Below, in pieces: positions 8,301 through 17,080 of a DNA stretch of 33,521 nt; position 1 is the stretch's first letter; every line of letters starts with the position of its first letter. The translations under genes and the position numbers were made by a program. The stretch is from positions 1 to 33,521 of the forward strand of contig CAMOSZ010000110.1 in NCBI GenBank assembly GCA_946625285.1, in the 5' to 3' direction. This DNA is from an uncultured Bacillales bacterium. GTDB taxonomy: Bacteria; Bacillota_I; Bacilli_A; RFN20; CAG-826. Under the pieces are notes generated by a model. It was not told the DNA's origin. It did not search any database and worked only from the letters and a program-made list of their open reading frames with translations.

Positions 8301-11300
8301 TTAAAGTCCAAACTTTTTAATTCTGTTCCAACGATCTTGTGCGTATTTTTCAGCTTTTGTGAGTAATTCTTCAGCGTGTTCAGGATTTACTTTTGGTAAT
8401 TGAGAGAATCTGGTTTCTGTCATGATAAATTCTCTGAATTTAGAGTAATCTGGTTCTGGCATATCGATGCTTAAACCTGGTTTACCTTCAGCAACTAAAC
8501 GTGGGTCATATCTAAAGAGTTGGAAATATCCACATTCAACAGCCTTCTTCTCTTGCTTCATGGAGTTGGATAAACCGCCTTTAATACCATGGTTTGCACA
8601 AGGTGCATAGCAGATAACAAGGGATGGTCCATTATAACTTTCAGCTTCTTTTAAGGCTTTGATGGCTTTAACAGGATTGCTACCTAAAGCGATTTGAGCA
8701 ACATAGACTGTTCCATAGCTCATGGCGATTAAGGCTAAATTCTTTTTAGGAGTTAATTTACCAGAAGCGGTAAATTTAGCAATACTACCTGTTTGAGATG
8801 ATTTGGAGGATTGTCCACCAGTATTAGAATACACTTCGGTATCCAAGACTAAGATATTGACATCTTCTTCGTTAGCGATAACGTGATCAAGTCCACCGTA
8901 ACCGATATCATATGACCAACCATCACCACCGATGATCCAAACTGATTTGTCTTGTAAATCTCTTTCGTAAGCGAGAACTGATTTAACTTCAGCGTCTTTA
9001 CTTGCTTTAACTAAGTTAACGAGTTCTGGAACGATTCTACGAGATTCTTTTCTATTCTTGATATTGGCGAAGTATTCGTCAATCTTGGCCTTGAGTTCAG
9101 CTTCCACTGTATCTCTTGCTTTAGCAGCTTCTAAGATTTCCACTGCTGCTTTGAGTTTGGTGTCAGTAGCAACTCTCATGCCATAACCGAATTCAGCGTT
9201 ATCTTCGAATAAGGAGTTAGCCCATGCGATACCTTGTCCTTCTTTATCGGTGCAGAATGGAGTAAGTGGAGTAGAACCACTATAGATGGAACTACAACCA
9301 GTTGCATTAGCAACTAACATATCTTTACCGAATAATTGAGAGACGAGTCTGTAATATGGAGTTTCACCACATCCAGCACATGCGCCAGAGATTTCCATAT
9401 ATGGCATTAAGAAGCCAACACCTTTTGGTGTTTCTTGTAATGCTGCTGGAAGTTTATCTGCTTTATAAGAGACGTGTTTGAATAAGTATTCAGCAGCTTC
9501 TTCTTGTGCGAATTGTGATTTGGCTTCAACCATTTCAATGGCGTTCTTGCCAGCTTTATTAGCGTTACATTCAGCAACACAGAGGCCACATCCAACACAG
9601 TTTCTTGGTGAAACTTGGATACGGTATTGATGTCCTGGAACACCCATTGCTGGTTTGACATCGTTCTTAACGAGTTCTGGTGCGTTAGCGAGTTCTTCTT
9701 CGTTTAAGAGGAATGGTCTAATTGTCGCGTGTGGACAGACGAACGCACATTGGTTACATTGGATACAGTCTTCTTTGTGCCAAAGTGGGACTCTATCAGC
9801 AATGCTTCTTTGTTCTTTATATGTGATGTCTGGATTCATTGTGCCATCTAAGAGTTCCCATTCGGTGAATTTAGAGACTGGTAAGTCATCTCCACCTAAG
9901 TTACCCATAACAGCAACATATGTATCGAAATATTCATCACCTGTTAATTTTCTTTCAAATTTTGGTTCTAAGGAAGCCCAGCTTGGATCGACTTTGACTT
10001 CTCTAAGTCCTTCTGTACCAGCATCAATTGCTTTCCAGTTAAGTTCGACGACTTCTTGGCCTTTCTTAGCGTATGATTTTTCAGCGAACTTCTTCATCCA
10101 TTTATTGGCTTCTGCATATGGCATAATGTCTTGGTTGAGATAGAAGAATGAAGCTTGGAGAATGGTATTTGTATGTCTACCCATACCGATTTCACTAGCA
10201 ATCTTGTTAGCATCGATAACGTAGAATTTAGCGTGTTTCTTTGCTAAGAGATATTTTGTTCTATTTGGCATGACCTTGACGAGTTCTTCATCACTCATAT
10301 CTGTATTGAGTAAGAATGTTCCGCCTTCTTTTAAGTTCTTGATCATATCGAACTTGAATAAGTAGGTATCAAGGGAACAGGATATGAAGTTTGCGTTTTG
10401 GACATAATAGGCACTTCTAATTGGTGTCTTACCAAATCTTAAGTGTGAACGAGTAACACCACCTGCTTTTCTTGAGTCATAAGCGAAGTATGCTTGGGCA
10501 TATTGTCCAGTAGCATCACCAATAATCTTAATAGAAGATTTATTAGCAGAAACTGTACCATCACTACCTAAGCCATAGAATAAGCAGCTTGTGTAATCCG
10601 CTTTGACGTGGAAGTTATCGTCAACAGGGATTGATTTATGTGTGACATCATCGTTAATACCGACTGTGAAGTCATGATGACGTGCATCACTATTTAAGAA
10701 GTCATAAACAGCTTTGACATCTTTTGGTTGAGTATCTTTGCTGGATAAGCCATAACGGCCACCTATAACCTCAACATCAAGACCAGCTTGTTTAATAACG
10801 GAAACGACATCTAAGTATAATGGTTCGCCAGTAGCGCCCATTTCTTTAGTTCTGTCTAAGACTGCAATTCTCTTAACGGTCTTTGGTAAGACTGCTAATA
10901 AATGTTTTGCAGAGAATGGTCTATATAAGTGAACCTTAACAATACCGATTTTTTCATCTTTGAGTTCATCGATAACTTCTTTTGCAGTATCGGTAACTGA
11001 ACCCATAGCGACGATTACTCTATCAGCATCTTTACGACCATAATATGTAAATGGAGCATATTCTCTACCAGTTAATCTACTTGCTTCATTGAAGTATTTA
11101 ACTGCGTAATCAACGACTTTATCGTAGTGAGCATTTTGTGCTTCTCTACCTTGGAAATAAATATCATCATTTTCAGCACCACCACGTGTGACTGGGTGAG
11201 TGTGTGGGTTTAAGGCACGAGCTCTGAATTTCTCGACCTTATCCATTGGAAGTAATTTCTTCCATTCATTTTCATCAACGAATTCAACGTTTTGAATTTC

Positions 11301-11840
11301 GTGAGATGTTCTAAATCCATCAAAGAAATGACAGACAGGTGTTTCGGCATCAATTGCTAATAAGTGAGCAACTGGTGTTAAGTCAGCGATTTCTTGAACT
11401 GAGTGGGAACAAATCATTGCGACACCAGTTTGTCTAATCGCATAAATATCTTGGTGATCACCAAAGATTGATAAGGAACGAGTTGCTAATGAACGAGCAC
11501 TAACATGAAGGACGACAGGTAATAATTCTCCAGCCCATTTGTAAATGTTTGGAATCATTAAGAGCAAGCCTTGGGATGCAGTGTAAGTTGAGGCAAGAGC
11601 ACCGGCTTGAAGAGCACCGTGAACTGCACCAGAAGCACCTGCTTCAGATTGCATTTCGCTAACCTTTACAACACTTCCAAAATAATTTTTTCTTCCTTTA
11701 CTGGCTTCAACATCAATAACTTCTGCCATTGGGCTAGAAGGAGTGATTGGATAAATACCAGCGACTTCAATGAAGTTATAGGATTCTAATGCTGCTGCAG
11801 TATTACCATCAACTGAGAGCATAGTCTTTTTTACTTCCAT
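8301..11840 (-). CDS. nifJ: Pyruvate:ferredoxin (flavodoxin) oxidoreductase
   Basis: YPITPSSPM, EMQSEAGASGAVHG, two ferredoxin motifs (CIQCNQCAFVCP, CVGCGLCVAEC), SGACAGCGE and TPP motif GGDGWSYDIG. ATG at 11840 follows a GGAGG RBS. Confidence 0.97.
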   Translation of the reverse strand: MEVKKTMLSVDGNTAAALESYNFIEVAGIYPITPSSPMAEVIDVEASKGRKNYFGSVVKVSEMQSEAGASGAVHGALQAGALASTYTASQGLLLMIPNIYKWAGELLPVVLHVSARSLATRSLSIFGDHQDIYAIRQTGVAMICSHSVQEIADLTPVAHLLAIDAETPVCHFFDGFRTSHEIQNVEFVDENEWKKLLPMDKVEKFRARALNPHTHPVTRGGAENDDIYFQGREAQNAHYDKVVDYAVKYFNEASRLTGREYAPFTYYGRKDADRVIVAMGSVTDTAKEVIDELKDEKIGIVKVHLYRPFSAKHLLAVLPKTVKRIAVLDRTKEMGATGEPLYLDVVSVIKQAGLDVEVIGGRYGLSSKDTQPKDVKAVYDFLNSDARHHDFTVGINDDVTHKSIPVDDNFHVKADYTSCLFYGLGSDGTVSANKSSIKIIGDATGQYAQAYFAYDSRKAGGVTRSHLRFGKTPIRSAYYVQNANFISCSLDTYLFKFDMIKNLKEGGTFLLNTDMSDEELVKVMPNRTKYLLAKKHAKFYVIDANKIASEIGMGRHTNTILQASFFYLNQDIMPYAEANKWMKKFAEKSYAKKGQEVVELNWKAIDAGTEGLREVKVDPSWASLEPKFERKLTGDEYFDTYVAVMGNLGGDDLPVSKFTEWELLDGTMNPDITYKEQRSIADRVPLWHKEDCIQCNQCAFVCPHATIRPFLLNEEELANAPELVKNDVKPAMGVPGHQYRIQVSPRNCVGCGLCVAECNANKAGKNAIEMVEAKSQFAQEEAAEYLFKHVSYKADKLPAALQETPKGVGFLMPYMEISGACAGCGETPYYRLVSQLFGKDMLVANATGCSSIYSGSTPLTPFCTDKEGQGIAWANSLFEDNAEFGYGMRVATDTKLKAAVEILEAAKARDTVEAELKAKIDEYFANIKNRKESRRIVPELVNLVKASKDAEVKSVLAYERDLQDKSVWIIGGDGWSYDIGYGGLDHVIANEEDVNILVLDTEVYSNTGGQSSKSSQTGSIAKFTASGKLTPKKNLALIAMSYGTVYVAQIALGSNPVKAIKALKEAESYNGPSLVICYAPCANHGIKGGLSNSMKQEKKAVECGYFQLFRYDPRLVAEGKPGLSIDMPEPDYSKFREFIMTETRFSQLPKVNPEHAEELLTKAEKYAQDRWNRIKKFGL

Positions 11841-11871
11841 GTATTTTTTTCCTCCAAAAATAACCAAAATT

Positions 11872-11900
11872 AATATACACGCGTATAGTCACGCATTCAA
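11872..11900 (-). promoter_or_regulatory. Sigma-A-like promoter for nifJ
   Basis: Minus strand reads TTGAAT-17 bp-TATATT; the spacer contains the inverted repeat GCGT-N6-ACGC. Confidence 0.6.
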
Positions 11901-11911
11901 GGTTAAATATT

Positions 11912-11944
11912 AAAAAACGGGAAAGGCAAATGCTTTCCCTGTTT
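11912..11944 (-). terminator. Intrinsic terminator after the Rex-like gene
   Basis: GGGAAAG (11919-11925) / CTTTCCC (11933-11939) stem, followed by GTTTTTT on the minus strand. Confidence 0.75.
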
Positions 11945-11952
11945 CTTAAAAC

Positions 11953-12378
11953 TTACTTCTTTGCTTTACGATTTGCTTGTTCTTCAGCGATGAGTTTTTT
12001 AAGAATTCTTAAGTCAGTATCTGAAAGAACAATGTTTCGATCTAATAGACCTCCAACAGAAGTCATCTTGCGATAAATGAAGTCATTAATTGACTCATAT
12101 ACTTCGAGGTCTTTTTTCTTAATTGATGGTTGCTTATGAACAAGAGTTCTATTCTCTTCTTGGTCAATGACATATTGTTTTAATTGAGGCACCAACTCCA
12201 TCAAGTTAAACTCTGGATCCATTTTTAAAGTTGGTTCAAAGTAAGAAAGTTGCTCGTTGATAATTTCAGGATATAATCCCACCACTCTAGAGAGTCTCTC
12301 ACTAGTTACGTATTTACGATTAATCTTAGTTATACCACTTAAAAACTTTTTGATATCACTAACCTTAGGTTCTTTCAT
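11953..12378 (-). CDS. Putative winged-helix protein resembling the Rex N-terminal DNA-binding domain, without a Rossmann domain
   Basis: KYVTSERLSRVVGLYPEIINEQLSYF...FNLMELVPQLKQYV follows the Rex N-domain pattern (VSSxELS......TIRRDFSYF...YNVxxL). No GxGxxG follows. ATG at 12378 with AGGTGG RBS. Confidence 0.55.
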   Translation of the reverse strand: MKEPKVSDIKKFLSGITKINRKYVTSERLSRVVGLYPEIINEQLSYFEPTLKMDPEFNLMELVPQLKQYVIDQEENRTLVHKQPSIKKKDLEVYESINDFIYRKMTSVGGLLDRNIVLSDTDLRILKKLIAEEQANRKAKK

Positions 12379-12405
12379 AAGTTTCACCACCTACTAACTA
12401 TGTAT

Positions 12406-12414
12406 AGTTTATCA
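12406..12414 (-). promoter_or_regulatory. Extended -10 element (TGaTAAACT) for the Rex-like gene
   Basis: TGnTAAACT about 30 nt upstream of the start codon; the same 12-mer TTGTGATAAACT occurs upstream of the hypothetical gene at 8260-8271. Confidence 0.45.
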
Positions 12415-12459
12415 CAAAAAGCGCAAAATAAAAGACCTCCATGTTGGAGATCTCTTGTT
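12413..12459. repeat. 47-bp direct repeat, copy 1 (contains the terminator following relE)
   Basis: CACAAAAAGCGCAAAATAAAAGACCTCCAT[G]TTGGAGATCTCTTGTT; 46/47 identical to 13121-13167. Confidence 0.95.
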
Positions 12460-12778
12460 AATTTACTTCAATCAAATATTTATCTTCAACGTTTTGCGTT
12501 GAGTGAAATATTCTCAAGATCATAACGGTGCGAGTGTGTTCATCAATTTTATAAATTGCAATATAGGACTTAATTGTAATAACTCGAATCGAAGAATCGT
12601 TTTTGAACTGACGAAATCTATACGGCATATAGGATAGACTTACCAATCTATTCTTAATTTCTTCAATTATATCTTTAGCCAGTTTAGGTTCTAATAAACA
12701 AAAGGCAATATATTCAAAAATGCTTTCAATGTCATCGGTACAAGAAGGAGATAAGACAACTTTATAATCAGTTGTCAT
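12458..12778 (-). CDS. Type II toxin, RelE/ParE family
   Basis: 106 aa with YKVVLSPSCTDDIESIFEYIA, LSYMPYRF, SYIAIYKIDE and VMILRIFHSTQN, the typical RelE/ParE pattern. Overlaps the antitoxin stop. Confidence 0.9.
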   Translation of the reverse strand: MTTDYKVVLSPSCTDDIESIFEYIAFCLLEPKLAKDIIEEIKNRLVSLSYMPYRFRQFKNDSSIRVITIKSYIAIYKIDEHTRTVMILRIFHSTQNVEDKYLIEVN

Positions 12779-13070
12779 ATTTTTTCTTTATATCATCAAA
12801 CGCTTTGTTTATCTCAACGCCTTTCCCTTCTTCGACCTCTTTAATAGCGGTGTCTAGTGTCTCCTCTAACTCTTCATCAGTTAAGAGTTCATACTCCATC
12901 GGCTTCTTTGTAGGCATTTTCACTTCAAAAGGAAGTCCGTTGTTTAAAATTATTTGTTTAAAAAACAAATTAACAGCCCCTGAAAGTGATAAGCCTAAAT
13001 TTGAAAGAACTTCTTCTGCCTCATTTTTTAAATTAGGTTCAATTCTTATAGACAAATTTGATGTTTTCAT
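12768..13070 (-). CDS. Type II antitoxin, RelB/DinJ family
   Basis: MKTSNLSIRIEPNLKNEAEEVLSNLGLSLSGAVNLFFKQIILNNGLPFEV is a ribbon-helix-helix RelB/DinJ signature, followed by an acidic C-terminus. GAGGTG RBS precedes ATG 13070. Confidence 0.92.
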   Translation of the reverse strand: MKTSNLSIRIEPNLKNEAEEVLSNLGLSLSGAVNLFFKQIILNNGLPFEVKMPTKKPMEYELLTDEELEETLDTAIKEVEEGKGVEINKAFDDIKKKYDN

Positions 13071-13090
13071 AAATCGCACCTCTCACTTAA

Positions 13091-13118
13091 ATTATATACA
13101 TTGTATTTACAAAGACAA
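13091..13118 (-). promoter_or_regulatory. TA operon promoter with RelB-type operator palindrome
   Basis: Minus strand TTGTCT-16 bp-TATAAT; the spacer holds TTGTA-AA-TACAA (13101-13112), resembling the E. coli relBE operator core TTGTAATTACAA. Confidence 0.7.
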
Positions 13119-13120
13119 TA

Positions 13121-13167
13121 CACAAAAAGCGCAAAATAAAAGACCTCCATATTGGAGATCTCTTGTT
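13121..13167. repeat. 47-bp direct repeat, copy 2 (contains the aqpZ intrinsic terminator)
   Basis: Same sequence as 12413-12459 with A instead of G in the hairpin loop. Minus-strand RNA is AGAUCUCCA-AUA-UGGAGGUCU-UUUAUUUU. Confidence 0.95.
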
Positions 13168-13170
13168 TAA

Positions 13171-13920
13171 TTAAGCTTGTGGTTCGCTTTTCTCTTTGCC
13201 TTTGGTAATAACACCATAGACAATCGCGGCTAAGGCTGCTCCAGCAAGTGGGGCTAAAATCCAAATCCAAATTTGAGAAAGTGAAGTTGTGTTACCAGTA
13301 AAGGCTTGTAATAATGCAGGCGCTAAGCTTCTTGCTGGGTTAACAGATGTTCCGGTAAATCCTAATCCTAAAAGATGGACTAAAGTTAATGATAAACCGA
13401 TAACAATACCAGCGTGTTTTCCATCGTGATATCTCTCATCTGTAGAGCCTAAGATAGCGATAACAAAGATGAATGTGAGTAACACTTCAACGAAGAATCC
13501 GGCAAATAAGGACCAGACATCAGTTTTGAGCTCTCCATCCACTGTTACTTTTAGTAAATCTTGGATTTCATTTCCACCTAAACTACTGAAGTTACCTCTT
13601 AAGCATAAGGCAAGGAATAAACTTCCTACTAAAGCACCAACAACTTGTGCAATGACGTAAAAACAGAAATCTTTTAAAGTAATCTTTTTACGAATGAGCA
13701 TTGCTAAGCTAACTGCTGGGTTGATGTGACAGCCTGAAATGTTTCCGATTGAGTACGCCATTGCGACGATAACTAAACCGAAAGCAAGAGAGGTTGCTCC
13801 CCCCCAGCCAAGTTGGCCTTCCACGATTTGGCCTGCCACTACTGCAACACCACACGCTGCAAAAGTTAAAACAGCAGTACCAATGCATTCTGCAAGATAC
13901 TTCTTCCAGTTTTCTTTCAT
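13171..13920 (-). CDS. aqpZ: Aquaporin (MIP family)
   Basis: Two NPA boxes (SGCHINPAVS, TSVNPARSLAPA) and six hydrophobic segments. ATG 13920 follows an AGGAGGAG RBS. Confidence 0.92.
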   Translation of the reverse strand: MKENWKKYLAECIGTAVLTFAACGVAVVAGQIVEGQLGWGGATSLAFGLVIVAMAYSIGNISGCHINPAVSLAMLIRKKITLKDFCFYVIAQVVGALVGSLFLALCLRGNFSSLGGNEIQDLLKVTVDGELKTDVWSLFAGFFVEVLLTFIFVIAILGSTDERYHDGKHAGIVIGLSLTLVHLLGLGFTGTSVNPARSLAPALLQAFTGNTTSLSQIWIWILAPLAGAALAAIVYGVITKGKEKSEPQA

Positions 13921-13933
13921 ATATAATCTCCTC

Positions 13934-14833
13934 CTATTCACTATATCGTGAATTATTAAACAATTTTAAGTTTTCTAATACAATCTTTGCAACGAAAAAG
14001 AAGAGAATAGAAATCATCACGCCCATAGAAACATCACTTAAATAATGAGCGCCAACATACATTCTGGCAAATGACACAAGAAGTGTCCATGCTAGAGCGA
14101 TGTAAAAAGTAATATAAGATGCTGTCTCATATTTCCTATTAATATATGGTAAGAATAAACTTGCCATTAATAAGACACCACAGCTACCTGCATGTCCACT
14201 AGGGAATGACTTAAATTCTTCGGATGGAAGATTAAGCGCTTCCATATAATCCTTATAGTTAGAACATCTATCCCACCAACTATGGAAATCTAAACCACCT
14301 TGAAGCGATCTAAATCTTGGACGATGCATGATACTCTTAAGTAAGGTTACTCCACCGATTAATGTTAGTCCGATAGCGGCGAGTAAAATAAGATAAATAA
14401 TCCAGAGATTATCTCTATCAGTTTTACTTGTTAAACGGAATCCTAAAAAGCCAATCGCTAAATCAACTGGTAAAGAAATCAAATATCCCATTGGACGAGC
14501 AATGCCTAACATGTCAAATCCGTTAGGGCCAAAGAATTCTCGACCACTAAAATAGATTGCTAAACCAATCGCAGCCACACCCATAACTAGACAAATAATC
14601 TTCCAAACGAGATGTGGGAGTTCCTTTTTAATTCCAAAATATAGTAGTCCTCCTCCAATAAAGGCCATCACTCCATATCCTGGAGTTGTTCCAATAACGG
14701 AAACGACTAAACCAAATGTATCCTTTTCATGAAATAAGGCATCATTGATTTGAAAATCAAAGAATGAGCCGATGATAAACGCCGCAAGGAAAAAAGCGAA
14801 TACCAAATAGATATGTAAATCAAGTTTTTTCAT
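13934..14833 (-). CDS. PAP2-family membrane phosphatase
   Basis: Motifs KSIMHRPR, SFPSGH and ARMYVGAHYLSDV; multiple TM segments. Confidence 0.9.
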   Translation of the reverse strand: MKKLDLHIYLVFAFFLAAFIIGSFFDFQINDALFHEKDTFGLVVSVIGTTPGYGVMAFIGGGLLYFGIKKELPHLVWKIICLVMGVAAIGLAIYFSGREFFGPNGFDMLGIARPMGYLISLPVDLAIGFLGFRLTSKTDRDNLWIIYLILLAAIGLTLIGGVTLLKSIMHRPRFRSLQGGLDFHSWWDRCSNYKDYMEALNLPSEEFKSFPSGHAGSCGVLLMASLFLPYINRKYETASYITFYIALAWTLLVSFARMYVGAHYLSDVSMGVMISILFFFVAKIVLENLKLFNNSRYSE

Positions 14834-14850
14834 AGCAATATAATTATAGA

Positions 14851-15777
14851 CTATTCTTCAAATAATGGGGTAGATAAATAACGGTCCCCACTATCAGGGA
14901 ATAACACAACAATATTCTTCCCAGCGCTTTCTTCTTTTTTGGCCTCTTTAATAGCGGCTGCTAAAGCTGCGCCAGAAGAAATGCCCACCAAGAAACCTTC
15001 TAAATTGGAAACAAGGCGTGCAAATTCAAATGCGTCAGAATCGCTCACAGGAGAGATTTCATCAACAACATCGAGATTTAATACTTCAGGAATAAAACCA
15101 GCGCCTATACCTTGTATTTTGTGCGGTCCTGCTGGGTTTCCAGAAATAACTGCGCTTGAAGCTGGTTCAACGCCGATAATTTTGACGTTTTCGACATTCT
15201 CTTTTAAATAGCGACCTACTCCACTAATGGTGCCACCTGTACCAATACCAGCAACAAAGACATCAACGTTGCCGTTAAGGTCGTCAAAGATTTCTGGACC
15301 AGTAGTTTTATAGTGGGCCATTGGGTTAGCAGGATTAGTGAATTGACCTAAGATAATTGAATGAGGGATTGACTCATTTAATTCCTTAGCACGAGCAATT
15401 GCTCCTTTCATTCCTAAAGAAGCATCGGTTAATTCAAGTTCAGCACCATACGCTTTAAGAAGTTTTCTTCTTTCAATTGACATGCTTGAAGGCATCACTA
15501 AAATGCAGCGATATCCTTTCATTGCACTTATAGAAGCAATTCCAATGCCAGTATTACCACTTGTTGGTTCAATAATTACTGATTCATCAGTAAGAAGACC
15601 TCTTCTTTCAGCGTCTTCAATCATTGCTAAAGCAATACGATCTTTAACTGATCCGGCAGGGTTAAAAAGTTCAACTTTAGCGTAAAGACAACACTCTAAA
15701 CCGAACTCCTCTTCGACATGACGTAATTCAATGAGAGGGGTTTTCCCAACAAGCTCATAAGCGTGTTCCTTAATCAT
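14851..15777 (-). CDS. cysK: Cysteine synthase A
   Basis: NPAGSVKDR (PLP lysine), EPTSGNTGIG, GIGTGGT and HKIQGIGAGF. Confidence 0.96.
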   Translation of the reverse strand: MIKEHAYELVGKTPLIELRHVEEEFGLECCLYAKVELFNPAGSVKDRIALAMIEDAERRGLLTDESVIIEPTSGNTGIGIASISAMKGYRCILVMPSSMSIERRKLLKAYGAELELTDASLGMKGAIARAKELNESIPHSIILGQFTNPANPMAHYKTTGPEIFDDLNGNVDVFVAGIGTGGTISGVGRYLKENVENVKIIGVEPASSAVISGNPAGPHKIQGIGAGFIPEVLNLDVVDEISPVSDSDAFEFARLVSNLEGFLVGISSGAALAAAIKEAKKEESAGKNIVVLFPDSGDRYLSTPLFEE

Positions 15778-15783
15778 AAGGTT

Positions 15784-17073
15784 TTACTCCTTATTGTAAC
15801 GATTATAAATAGAATCTAAGGCAGCGATATTCGCTTTGCCAAAATTATAAAATGGGATAGGCATGACATAAATTTGTCCAGAATAAACAAATTTGTAATA
15901 AAACATAATAACTGTCTTATCATCAGTTTTGCCTTTAACGAAGTCGATAGCAACTCCTAACGGTCTTTGACCACTGAAGTTTTCACTCATCGAGAAGTTA
16001 TTGGAGAAGTTCTCTAATAACTCTTGGTTATTGAAATAATAACCTTGTCCTTGACGAGTATAACCACCCATATCTTGATTTGTCCATTTGTAGACGAATT
16101 CAAATGTGCTGAATAAAAGTAACTCTGATGGGTAATGATAATATTCAGGGACATTTGGTTTGTCATATACTGGTTTGGATAATAGAGATGGTCTAGCACC
16201 TTGATCAGTAAATTCAATTTGGAAATAGTAAGTTCCGTAATAGCCGCTTGCTTTATCTTTTAAAGCGATAGCGCCAGTACCAACATTACTACCGTTATAA
16301 ATGCTCATGTAATAATTTGGATGGAAATACGCACTAGCAGCGTAGCCACTTTCTTCTTCTCCAAAATAATAAATATCTTGGATGAAGTTATTATCCTTGA
16401 ATAATCTTCTCATTGTAGAGAAGTTATCGTTAATAGTTAAATAAGTCCCTCCATTACCGACATATTCATCGACAATCGAGTTTTTGCTTGTTCCAAAATC
16501 ATGAGCATCATAAATTATTTGGCTTCCAGAATAATCTAATGTGAATCTTAAATATTGTTTGTCACCACTTTTGCGATAAGCAATATTAAGTGAATTAACA
16601 TTCACAATTTGATCAGAAGTATAACCAATGCATTTAACAAATGCCATTTTGAAATCTTTACTACTAACTTTTACTGAAGTGTCCTCTGATTTGATACTGC
16701 TAGTAAAACCAACATCTGCTCCTAACATTGTTGGGTAATACTTATCTCCCCATAAAGATTTGCCTTTAGAGAGGATTTCACTACTCACATAGTCATCAAG
16801 GTTATATCTAAGGCGATAAACACCTTGAGAATGTTGAATATAAATATCAGTTGCAGAAGGAACGTTATTTGGAACTATTCCAATCGAATTATTTGTGTAA
16901 ATAATATCGTGATTATTGGAATTACCGACATAAGTAAAAGTATAGTTTCTCTCACTAGCGAGATATTGAATACCAGTTTTCAAATCACTAACAGTGATAT
17001 GGTTTTCTTTACATCCCGCTAAAGAGAACAAAGGTGTAATAAGTAATAAAGCTAATAATCGAGATTTTTTCAT
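15784..17073 (-). CDS. Lipoprotein of unknown function, probably two tandem homologous domains
   Basis: Signal peptide with lipobox LAGC; Tyr/Asn-rich; both halves end in a [DN]FG-x6-[VL]D motif. Confidence 0.75.
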   Translation of the reverse strand: MKKSRLLALLLITPLFSLAGCKENHITVSDLKTGIQYLASERNYTFTYVGNSNNHDIIYTNNSIGIVPNNVPSATDIYIQHSQGVYRLRYNLDDYVSSEILSKGKSLWGDKYYPTMLGADVGFTSSIKSEDTSVKVSSKDFKMAFVKCIGYTSDQIVNVNSLNIAYRKSGDKQYLRFTLDYSGSQIIYDAHDFGTSKNSIVDEYVGNGGTYLTINDNFSTMRRLFKDNNFIQDIYYFGEEESGYAASAYFHPNYYMSIYNGSNVGTGAIALKDKASGYYGTYYFQIEFTDQGARPSLLSKPVYDKPNVPEYYHYPSELLLFSTFEFVYKWTNQDMGGYTRQGQGYYFNNQELLENFSNNFSMSENFSGQRPLGVAIDFVKGKTDDKTVIMFYYKFVYSGQIYVMPIPFYNFGKANIAALDSIYNRYNKE

Positions 17074-17080
17074 ACCTTAA

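Larger units (their letters stand above)
12413..13167 (-). mobile_element. Putative non-autonomous TA cassette bounded by 47-bp direct repeats
   Basis: Promoter, relB and relE exactly fill the interval between two near-identical repeats 708 bp apart. No recombinase gene is present, so mobility is inferred. Confidence 0.55.

Noticed and set aside
9655-10143. Antisense ORFs within nifJ (and similar ones in clpB, copA and the lipoprotein genes)
   Set aside because: Fully overlap well-supported genes; S/T/F-rich antisense shadow composition.
12400-12417. Possible Rex operator (ATGTATAGTTTATCACAA) upstream of the Rex-like gene
   Set aside because: Only one half-site fits TTGTGA-N6-TCACAA. The sequence is explained equally well as an extended -10 promoter, and the same 12-mer occurs at 8260-8271.
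12413-13167. 47-bp repeats as a CRISPR array, dif site or tRNA att site
   Set aside because: Only two copies, 708 bp apart; no cas genes, no XerC/D consensus and no tRNA 3' end.
12772-13270. 132-aa plus-strand ORF and 67-aa minus-strand ORF across the TA promoter
   Set aside because: They overlap relB, the terminator repeat and aqpZ, with no coding signature.
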